A stretch of DNA of 13,775 nt from positions 1 through 13,775 of the forward strand of contig JAPNQO010000001.1 in NCBI GenBank assembly GCA_027251445.1, given 5' to 3'. The notes beneath the pieces are model-generated. The model worked only from the letters and a program-made list of their open reading frames with translations, was not told where the DNA came from and did not search any database. The stretch comes from Fidelibacterota bacterium (lineage in GTDB: Bacteria; Fidelibacterota; Marinisomatia; Marinisomatales; TCS55). Positions 6,520-13,775 of the stretch are shown here, piece after piece. A program made the translations under genes and the position numbers. Positions within the stretch are counted from its first letter, which is position 1, and every line of letters starts with the position of its first letter.

Positions 6520-8178
6520 ATGTCTTATAAAGTTTTATCATTAAAATACCGTCCTCAAAGCTTCCTAGATGTTATTGGCCAAGATCATGTTACGCAGACT
6601 CTTATTAATGCATTTAAGAAAAATCGTGTTGGTCAAGGATATATTTTTACTGGACCCCGAGGAGTTGGTAAAACTACAACAGCTCGTATACTAGCTAAAG
6701 GGCTCAATTGTAAAAATTCTAAAAATGGTAATCCATGTAATAAATGTAATATATGCGATGAAATAACAGAGTATAGAAATTTAGATGTTTTGGAAATTGA
6801 TGGTGCATCAAACAGAGGCATTGAAGAGATTAGAAATCTTAGGGAGTTAATAAAATTTTCACCTATGAATTCATCATATAAAATTTTTATAATAGATGAA
6901 GTTCATATGCTTACAAACCAAGCGTTTAATGCTTTACTAAGAACACTTGAAGAACCACCTGCACATGGAAAATTTATTATGTGTACTACAGATATTCATA
7001 AGGTTCCAGATACTATAATTTCTCGTTGCCAACGTTTTGATTTTAATCGAATATCAATAAATGATATTAAAGAATCAGTGAATTCAATTCTATCCGAAGA
7101 AAAGATTAATTCTGATCTTGAATCCGTTGAAGCAATTGCAGTTAAATCCGAAGGTAGTATGCGTGATGCATTAAGCATACTTGATCAGATTATTGCCTTC
7201 TCAGATAATAAAATTAACTACAAAGATGTAGAAAAAATTCTTGGACTAGTTTCTAGTGAACTTTATTTCAGATTAACTAATTCTATTAATGATAAAAATT
7301 CTGATCTGTTATTAGAAACTTTAACAGAAATTCGCAATGGTGGAATTCCAATTGATGATGTTGTTAAAGGGCTAAATGTTCATATTAGAAATTTGATGTA
7401 TGCATCATTAAATGATGGAGTAAAAGCTCTAGAGATGAGTGATGATCTTAAGAAAGAATATGTTAAATCATCAAAATTGTGGGATATAAGAGATTTACTT
7501 AGAATTACAGAAGTTCTTAATGATTTAGAGTTAAATATTAATAGATCAAATCAGCCTTATATTATGTTTGAAATAAGTGCTCTAAAGTTGTTAGAAATGG
7601 ATCAATCTATATCAATCGAAGAATTGTTAAACCAATCATCTAATAATGTAAAAGATGATGTTTCAACTGAAAAAGATCAAAAAAAAGATGACTCAATTTT
7701 AAATAATGAAATAGAAGAAAAAGTTATTAAAGATAAGGTTATTGAAAAGAATGAAGTTCATAAAAAAGATGAAAAGCCTGATAAAGTAATAGAAGAGAAA
7801 AATGATGATGATTTATCATTAGATATAGAATCTATGAAAGGTAAATGGCCTACTATTATAACAAATGTTACAAACGTACGAACATCAATTGGTATCGTAC
7901 TGGAGCACTCTAGCCCTATAGATTTTGATAAAAAAGTATTAAAGATTGGAGTATATAATCAGCCAAAATTTAGTCTTGATTTACTTAATAATAATAAAGA
8001 AGTAATTGAAAAAGTTATTGCAAATGAATTAAAACAAAGAGTATCAATTAATTTTTCAGAAATCCATAATAAGAGCGATACTGTTGATTTAAAAGAACAG
8101 TCTACTGCTAATAAAAACAATGACTCTGATGCTATGGATAGTGTGATAGAATTATTTGATGGAGAAATTCTACGTTAA
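6520..8178 (+). CDS. dnaX: DNA polymerase III subunit gamma/tau
   Basis: KYRPQSF..VIGQ, Walker A GPRGVGKTT, Zn-binding C...PC..C..C, EIDGASNRG, Walker B IIDEVHML, AFNALLRTLEEPP, SRC motif; followed by ybaB-recR. Confidence 0.98.
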   Translation: MSYKVLSLKYRPQSFLDVIGQDHVTQTLINAFKKNRVGQGYIFTGPRGVGKTTTARILAKGLNCKNSKNGNPCNKCNICDEITEYRNLDVLEIDGASNRGIEEIRNLRELIKFSPMNSSYKIFIIDEVHMLTNQAFNALLRTLEEPPAHGKFIMCTTDIHKVPDTIISRCQRFDFNRISINDIKESVNSILSEEKINSDLESVEAIAVKSEGSMRDALSILDQIIAFSDNKINYKDVEKILGLVSSELYFRLTNSINDKNSDLLLETLTEIRNGGIPIDDVVKGLNVHIRNLMYASLNDGVKALEMSDDLKKEYVKSSKLWDIRDLLRITEVLNDLELNINRSNQPYIMFEISALKLLEMDQSISIEELLNQSSNNVKDDVSTEKDQKKDDSILNNEIEEKVIKDKVIEKNEVHKKDEKPDKVIEEKNDDDLSLDIESMKGKWPTIITNVTNVRTSIGIVLEHSSPIDFDKKVLKIGVYNQPKFSLDLLNNNKEVIEKVIANELKQRVSINFSEIHNKSDTVDLKEQSTANKNNDSDAMDSVIELFDGEILR

Positions 8179-8201
8179 TTTATAATTAGAAGGTTACAAT
8201 T

Positions 8202-8528
8202 ATGATGAATCCAAAAAAAATGGGAAAAATGATGAAACAAGCACAGCAAATGCAAAAACAAATGGATGTCGTTCAGCAAAAATTATCTGAATTAGATGTT
8301 ACAGGTGTTGCTGGAGATGGATTAATTAAAGTTGTAATGAATGGTAAGCAAAAATTAGTTGATATAAAAATTGATCCTTCATTGTTAAACGATGAAATAG
8401 ATATGTTAGAAGATCTAATATTAATTGCTATCAATCAAGCGGTAGTTAAATCTCATGAGCTTGCTGAAAAACAAATGCATAATGTTACTGGAAACCTATT
8501 GGGTAACATTAAGTTGCCTGGTATGTAA
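8202..8528 (+). CDS. ybaB: YbaB/EbfC family nucleoid-associated protein
   Basis: MMKQAQQMQ, G.AG.GL.KV..NG, IDP.LL..D.DMLEDLI..A.N.A motifs; dnaX-ybaB-recR synteny. Confidence 0.95.
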   Translation: MMNPKKMGKMMKQAQQMQKQMDVVQQKLSELDVTGVAGDGLIKVVMNGKQKLVDIKIDPSLLNDEIDMLEDLILIAINQAVVKSHELAEKQMHNVTGNLLGNIKLPGM

Positions 8529-9124
8529 TGTTAGATGCTTTTCCAGATAGTATAATTCGTTTAATTGATAAGTTTTCTAGTTTTCCTGGTATAGGGAAGA
8601 AAACTGCTCAACGTATGGCTTTTTATGTCTTAAAAGATTCAAAAGAGAATGCATTATTATTGGCAGAGGCAGTTAAAGATGTGAAGTCAAATATTGCGGC
8701 ATGTTCCTTATGTGGAGGTATTACTGAAAAAGACCCTTGTGTAATCTGCGACGATGTTAAAAGAGATAGTAGTCTAATATGTGTAGTAGAAGTACCAGCT
8801 GATATTTATGCATTTGAACGAACTAGTGGTTTTAATGGAGTGTACCATGTTCTTGGTGGCGTTCTTTCGCCATTAGATGGAATTGGCCCAGATGAATTAA
8901 ATATTGATTCGCTTATTGAAAGATCAAATCATGGAAATGAAATTATGCTAGCATTAAATCCTAGTATTGAAGGTGATACTACGTGCTTGTATATAAGTAA
9001 ATTATTAGCGGATAAGGATATTAAAATAACAAGATTAGCACGTGGTATTCCTGTAGGAGGTGAGTTGGAATACACTGATGATGCTACATTATTAAGGGCT
9101 ATGGAAGGACGGACATCAATATGA
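8528..9124 (+). CDS. recR: Recombination mediator RecR
   Basis: HhH PGIGKKTAQRMA, C4 zinc finger CSLC...CVIC, ICVVE, YHVLGGVLSPLDGIGP, Toprim EGDTT, TRLARGIPVGGELEY. Confidence 0.98.
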   Translation: MLDAFPDSIIRLIDKFSSFPGIGKKTAQRMAFYVLKDSKENALLLAEAVKDVKSNIAACSLCGGITEKDPCVICDDVKRDSSLICVVEVPADIYAFERTSGFNGVYHVLGGVLSPLDGIGPDELNIDSLIERSNHGNEIMLALNPSIEGDTTCLYISKLLADKDIKITRLARGIPVGGELEYTDDATLLRAMEGRTSI

Positions 9125-9702
9125 ACCTACCAAATATTTTAACTCTTTGTCGAATTTTGGTAACTCCTTTGTTTATTATTCTTTTATTTTATGATCATCC
9201 ATATGCAAAGTCCTGGGCATTATTTATTTTTGTAGTTGCAATGTTAACTGATATTTTTGATGGATATTATGCTAGAAAACATAATCTAGTTACAGATTAT
9301 GGAAGGTTTTTAGATCCTTTAGCAGATAAAGTAATGGTTTTATCAGCTTTAATTTCATTTGCCGTAATGGACGTTATACCCTATTGGATGGTATCTCTTA
9401 TAATCTTTAGAGATGTTTTTGTTACAGGATTACGCATGGCAATGTCTTCAAAAAATAAAACAATGGTTACTAGTAAAATTGCTAAGAGAAAAACTCTTAG
9501 TCAGGTATTGATCATAATATTTATTTTATTCAATATAGGATTTAATACTTTACCTATATCTTGGATTAAAGATCTTATTCTATTCTCTAAACAATATGAT
9601 CTTATATATTATTTGACTTTGCTTGTAACCCTCTTTACTGTGTTTACTGGGTTAACATATCTCTATACAAATCGTACAGTAATTAGACAGTTTATTTCTT
9701 GA
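9121..9702 (+). CDS. pgsA: CDP-diacylglycerol--glycerol-3-phosphate 3-phosphatidyltransferase
   Basis: NLPNILT..R start and the CDP-alcohol phosphotransferase motif D..DGY.AR....VT..G.FLDPLADK; multiple TM helices. Confidence 0.93.
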   Translation: MNLPNILTLCRILVTPLFIILLFYDHPYAKSWALFIFVVAMLTDIFDGYYARKHNLVTDYGRFLDPLADKVMVLSALISFAVMDVIPYWMVSLIIFRDVFVTGLRMAMSSKNKTMVTSKIAKRKTLSQVLIIIFILFNIGFNTLPISWIKDLILFSKQYDLIYYLTLLVTLFTVFTGLTYLYTNRTVIRQFIS

Positions 9703-9714
9703 GCTTGTTTTCTA

Positions 9715-10170
9715 TTGAGATTAAGAATATCAGAATGGATTGCAAGCTGTTTTAAAGTAGGATATTTACCCTTAGCGCCAGGTACATGGGGTAGTATATT
9801 TGCCATTCTTCTATGGTGGGTGTTCTTAAAAGATCTAAGTACATTTATTTTTTGTATTATCATTGTTTTTTTGTTCTTTACTGGAATAGTAGTAAGTAAT
9901 ACAATTATTAATCATAATCAAGATAATGATCCTTCATATGTTATTATTGATGAACTAGTTGGTCAATGGATTGCATTGTTGATTATTCCAGATGGTTATT
10001 ATAATATTTTAATTATTTTTGTTTTATTTCGTTTTTTTGATATCATTAAGCCTTGGCCTATTCGTTATTTTGAGCAGCTTCCTAAAGGCTTAGGCGTTAT
10101 GTCAGATGATGTTGTAGCAGGATTATTTACATTTATATTAACACAAATAATTAATATTTATATATTTTGA
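9715..10170 (+). CDS. pgpA: Phosphatidylglycerophosphatase A
   Basis: G..P.APGTWGS, DPS.VIIDE.VG, FRFFDIIKPWPI and G.GVM.DD.VAG motifs. TTG start, exact start uncertain. Confidence 0.95.
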   Translation: MRLRISEWIASCFKVGYLPLAPGTWGSIFAILLWWVFLKDLSTFIFCIIIVFLFFTGIVVSNTIINHNQDNDPSYVIIDELVGQWIALLIIPDGYYNILIIFVLFRFFDIIKPWPIRYFEQLPKGLGVMSDDVVAGLFTFILTQIINIYIF

Positions 10171-11390
10171 AAGTTGGATTAATTACTATTGGTAATGAGC
10201 TATTGTCTGGCTTTACAGTAGACACAAACAGCTCTTGGATAGGTCAAAATTTGATTGAGGTTGGCGCAAGAGTTTGTTGGCATTTAACAGTTAAGGATGA
10301 TGCCAATCAAATTAAAATTGCTTTAGACAGTATTCCTAAAGATTGCAAGTCGCTAATTATTACAGGAGGCCTAGGCCCAACTCATGATGATATAACACAA
10401 AAAACTTTATATGATTATTATAGAATAAAACCTGTATTCGATAGTGAATATTGGGATTTGCTCAATTCTAGGATGAAAAAAATAGGAAGAATATTACCTG
10501 AAATTAATAAAAATCAAGCTATAGTACCTGAAAAAGGAAAAGGAAAAATAATCCCAAATAGCGTTGGGTCAGCAAGAGGTATACATATTATAAATGGTAA
10601 CCTGAATATCTTTGCAATGCCTGGAGTTCCGAAAGAAATGAAAAGTATGATGAATAATAGTGTTTTACCTTGGCTACATGATAAAACTAATAATAAAGTT
10701 CATGTTAAAACACTTCGGACAACTGGTATTATGGAATCATCCCTGGCTGAAAAAATGAATGATATAATTGAACTATCAAAAGATGTAGAGATAGCTTTTT
10801 TGCCTCAATTTACTGGGGTTGATATTAGGATAATATCTGCCGACAAAAAAAGTATAGATAAAACTAAAAATAAAATCTATAAATGTATTGGTAAATATAT
10901 ATTTGGAACAGGGTCTAGGACTTTAGAAGATGTTGTTGGAAGCATGCTGATTGAAAGAAATTATACTTTATCTACTGCAGAATCATGTACAGGTGGTTTA
11001 TTGGGGCATAGGATAACTAATACATCTGGAAGTTCTAAATATTATCTAGGAGGAGTAAACTCTTACAGTAATCAAATGAAAAAAGACATAATTAATGTTG
11101 ATAAATCTTCCCTAGATAAATATGGTGCTGTAAGTAAAGAAGTTTCAATTGAAATGGCTAAAGGTGTTATGAAATTGCTTAAATCTGATATTTCCTTATC
11201 AATTACTGGAATTGCAGGGCCTGGAGGAGGTACTAAAAATAAGCCAGTTGGGTTGGTATATATTACTTTGATTCATAACGATAAAATTATTAATAAAGAA
11301 TTTACTTTTTTTAAAGATAGGCTATTAAATAAGAAGTTGAGTAGTCAAGTTGCATTAAATATGATTAGGTTACATTTATTGAATGAGTGA
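10167..11390 (+). CDS. cinA: Competence/damage-inducible protein A (MocF-like domain + NMN deamidase PncC domain)
   Basis: IG.ELL.G...DTN, TGGLGPTHDDIT, PGVP.EM in the N-terminal part; TAESCTGG, GAVS, SITGIAGPGGG...KPVGLV in the C-terminal part. Confidence 0.96.
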   Translation: MKVGLITIGNELLSGFTVDTNSSWIGQNLIEVGARVCWHLTVKDDANQIKIALDSIPKDCKSLIITGGLGPTHDDITQKTLYDYYRIKPVFDSEYWDLLNSRMKKIGRILPEINKNQAIVPEKGKGKIIPNSVGSARGIHIINGNLNIFAMPGVPKEMKSMMNNSVLPWLHDKTNNKVHVKTLRTTGIMESSLAEKMNDIIELSKDVEIAFLPQFTGVDIRIISADKKSIDKTKNKIYKCIGKYIFGTGSRTLEDVVGSMLIERNYTLSTAESCTGGLLGHRITNTSGSSKYYLGGVNSYSNQMKKDIINVDKSSLDKYGAVSKEVSIEMAKGVMKLLKSDISLSITGIAGPGGGTKNKPVGLVYITLIHNDKIINKEFTFFKDRLLNKKLSSQVALNMIRLHLLNE

Positions 11391-11964
11391 AAGACTTATA
11401 AGAACATTTGTATCTGTTTCTGTCCCTAAAGAGATTGTGAATATTCAATCAATGCTTAAATCTACGGTCGAACCAAAAGGAGTGAAAGTAAGATGGGTGA
11501 TGAATGGGAAAATGCACTTAACCTTAAAGTTTATAGGTAATACAACACAGGGGTCAATTGATAATTTGAATGAAGCTCTTTTTAATGTTGTTAAAAGCGC
11601 TAAAGTGATAAATCTATCAATATCCGGTACTGGTGCTTTTCCAGTAAAAGGTAGACCTAATGTTTTATGGCTTGGTATAAAAGGTGATATAGATGAATTA
11701 AAGCAGCTAACTGTAAATATAAATAATAGTTTAGAACCATTAGGGTTTATTACTGAAAAAAGAGACTTTTTACCTCATGTGACTATTGCAAGAATTAAAT
11801 CTAATCAGAAAAAGATACCCAATATATCAAATTATTTAAATACTACGTTTACAGAATTACCTATGAAGATAGTAAAAATTAGCTTAATGCAAAGTGAGTC
11901 CTTTTCTAAAGGAACTTTCTATACTATTTTAGGTACCCATTTTTTTCGTACAAATTTAGAATAG
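11383..11964 (+). CDS. thpR: RNA 2',3'-cyclic phosphodiesterase (2H phosphoesterase, LigT/ThpR)
   Basis: R.F... start, two HxT motifs (HLTLKF, PHVTIAR), G.FP...P.VLW.G; usual position between cinA and recA. Confidence 0.93.
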   Translation: MSERLIRTFVSVSVPKEIVNIQSMLKSTVEPKGVKVRWVMNGKMHLTLKFIGNTTQGSIDNLNEALFNVVKSAKVINLSISGTGAFPVKGRPNVLWLGIKGDIDELKQLTVNINNSLEPLGFITEKRDFLPHVTIARIKSNQKKIPNISNYLNTTFTELPMKIVKISLMQSESFSKGTFYTILGTHFFRTNLE

Positions 11965-11973
11965 GAGTGATGA

Positions 11974-12993
11974 ATGGCATCAACAACAAAAAAAACAAAA
12001 GCATTAGATTTAGCTATAACTCAAATTGATCGTCAGTTTGGTAAAGGCTCTATAATGAAACTCGGAAATGATAAACCGAGCACGACGGAAAGTGTAATTT
12101 CTACTGGATGTCTATCTTTAGATGTTGCCCTAGGTGTAGGTGGTGTACCTCGAGGAAGAATCATAGAGATTTACGGTCCTGAATCATCAGGTAAAACTAC
12201 TTTGGCTCTTCATATAGTTGCTGAAGCACAAAAAAATAATGGTTATGCTGCATTTGTTGATGTTGAACATGCATTAGATCCTGATTATTCAAAAGCTCTT
12301 GGTGTTAATACGGATGATTTGCTTGTTTCTCAGCCAGATACGGGAGAACAGGCCTTAGAAATAACCGAAACTTTAGTTAGAAGTGGAGCCTTAGATGTTA
12401 TCGTTGTTGATTCTGTTGCCGCTCTAGTTCCACAAGCGGAACTGGATGGTGAAATGGGGGATACGCATGTAGGATTGCAGGCTAGATTGATGTCTCAAGC
12501 TCTACGGAAGCTAACGGGTACAGTAAGCAGGTCTAACACATGTGTTATTTTCATTAATCAGATTAGAGAAAAAATAGGAGTGATGTTTGGAAACCCAGAA
12601 ACAACCCCTGGAGGACGTGCACTTAAATTTTACTCTAGTCTAAGATTAGAGATCAGAAGAATTACGACTATTAAAGAAGGCACCAACTCTGTAGGGAATA
12701 AGGTTCGTGTTAAGGTAGTTAAAAATAAAGTAGCTCCACCTTTTAAGATGGCTGAATTTGATATAATGTTCGGTGAAGGCATATCATATATCGGTGATGT
12801 CTTAGATTTAGCAGTTACTGCTGATATAGTTCAAAAGATGGGAGCATGGTATTCTTACAAAGATGAAAAGATTGGTCAAGGTCGCGAAAACACAAAAGCT
12901 TTTTTAGAAGAAAATACTAAAATGATGTCTAAAATTATTAAGCAAGTAAAAGGGTTTATGGGTGTAAGCTTTTCGGGGGATGAAAAAGCGTAA
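11974..12993 (+). CDS. recA: Recombinase RecA
   Basis: [19 protein letters not shown], Walker [67 protein letters not shown]. Confidence 0.99.
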   Translation: MASTTKKTKALDLAITQIDRQFGKGSIMKLGNDKPSTTESVISTGCLSLDVALGVGGVPRGRIIEIYGPESSGKTTLALHIVAEAQKNNGYAAFVDVEHALDPDYSKALGVNTDDLLVSQPDTGEQALEITETLVRSGALDVIVVDSVAALVPQAELDGEMGDTHVGLQARLMSQALRKLTGTVSRSNTCVIFINQIREKIGVMFGNPETTPGGRALKFYSSLRLEIRRITTIKEGTNSVGNKVRVKVVKNKVAPPFKMAEFDIMFGEGISYIGDVLDLAVTADIVQKMGAWYSYKDEKIGQGRENTKAFLEENTKMMSKIIKQVKGFMGVSFSGDEKA

Positions 12994-13615
12994 GATCGTA
13001 GATATTCAAATACAAAGCCGCAGGAAAAACAGAAGAAGTATTTTTCTGGATGACGGTAGCGTCTTTGGTGTTTCTGAAGACGTTTTTTTTACAGTTCCAA
13101 TTCATATTGGAGACACTATTTCAGATCAAGCTCTTGATGATATATTTAAAGCTGAATCAAAAGTCAAAATTTATGATGCAGCTGTAAACTTACTAAGTTA
13201 TAGAATGCGTAGTAAATCAGAACTTAGAAATCGCTTAATAAGAAAAAAATATCATAAGGGAGAAATTTCTGATGTTATTAAAAACCTTGAAATAAAAGGG
13301 TATTTAGATGATGAGAAATTCGCGATTGCATTTGCTAAAGATAAAGTTAATAACAGGTTAATCGGGCCTATTGCATTAAGATTTGAATTGTCTGCTCATG
13401 AACTTGAGGTTCAATTGATAGATAAAACTATTAACTCTATATATAATATTTATCCCCCAAAAGATATAATTAAAAGATTAATTAATAAATGGAAATTGAT
13501 TGATAGAATTAATGAGAGTTCAACAGTAAAAAATAAAATTATTAATAGATTGAAAAATAAGGGTTTTTATTGGGATGATATTCAAGATGTAATTTATTCG
13601 CTAGAAAATAAATAG
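12980..13615 (+). CDS. recX: Regulatory protein RecX (long form with N-terminal extension)
   Basis: A..LLSYR.RS..ELR.RL, L...GYLDD..FA, GP..L..EL and L..KGF motifs; overlaps the recA 3' end. Confidence 0.9.
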   Translation: MKKRKIVDIQIQSRRKNRRSIFLDDGSVFGVSEDVFFTVPIHIGDTISDQALDDIFKAESKVKIYDAAVNLLSYRMRSKSELRNRLIRKKYHKGEISDVIKNLEIKGYLDDEKFAIAFAKDKVNNRLIGPIALRFELSAHELEVQLIDKTINSIYNIYPPKDIIKRLINKWKLIDRINESSTVKNKIINRLKNKGFYWDDIQDVIYSLENK

Positions 13616-13627
13616 TATGAAAAATAG

Positions 13628-13775
13628 ATGATTAAAAATAATTATTCAGTTTTAATAAATGGTAAATATGTAGAAGTAAAAAATATTTATGCAGTGGGCA
13701 GAAACTATAAGAGCCATGCTAAAGAGATGAATGCAAGTATTACAAAAAATCCAATATTCTTTCAAAAATCTCTTA
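13628..13775 (+). CDS. Fumarylacetoacetate hydrolase family protein (5' partial, runs off window)
   Basis: ATG 13628 gives MIKNNYSVLINGKYVEVKNIYAVGRNYKSHAKEMNASITKNPIFFQKSL, matching the FAH-family N-terminal motif I..VGRNY..HA.E......P..F.K. Confidence 0.85.
   Translation, partial: MIKNNYSVLINGKYVEVKNIYAVGRNYKSHAKEMNASITKNPIFFQKSL

Noticed and set aside
4550..9863. Minus-strand ORFs 4550-4768, 4939-5133, 5480-5662, 6633-6821, 6996-7178 and 9663-9863
   Set aside because: They are short, antisense to better-supported genes, and show no protein-family features.
13617..13631. Mini-ORF ATG AAA AAT AGA TGA between recX and the FAH gene
   Set aside because: Four codons only. It could aid translational coupling (ATGA overlap) but is indistinguishable from chance.

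Overview
AT-rich bacterial chromosomal window with every credible gene on the + strand. It comes from a diderm organism (an outer-membrane beta-barrel-like protein is present); an FCB-group lineage such as Marinisomatota/SAR406 is a plausible but unverified inference. There are three blocks. (1) A DEAD-box RNA helicase with a very basic tail. (2) A tightly coupled six-gene, mostly uncharacterised cluster (1837-6128): a FecR-like/Pro-rich linker/beta-barrel fusion, an unannotated 47-aa single-TM protein, a SelW/Rdx-family selenoprotein whose true start lies upstream of an in-frame TGA (CxxU motif, with a SECIS-like hairpin), and three hypothetical proteins. (3) A long, Alu-domain-containing SRP RNA followed by the housekeeping run dnaX-ybaB-recR-pgsA-pgpA-cinA-thpR-recA-recX and the start of a fumarylacetoacetate-hydrolase-family gene. 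I saw no mobile elements, CRISPR arrays, tRNAs or rRNAs. The best-supported hidden features, all missed or truncated by the ORF track, are the selenoprotein recoding event, the small membrane ORF and the large SRP RNA.
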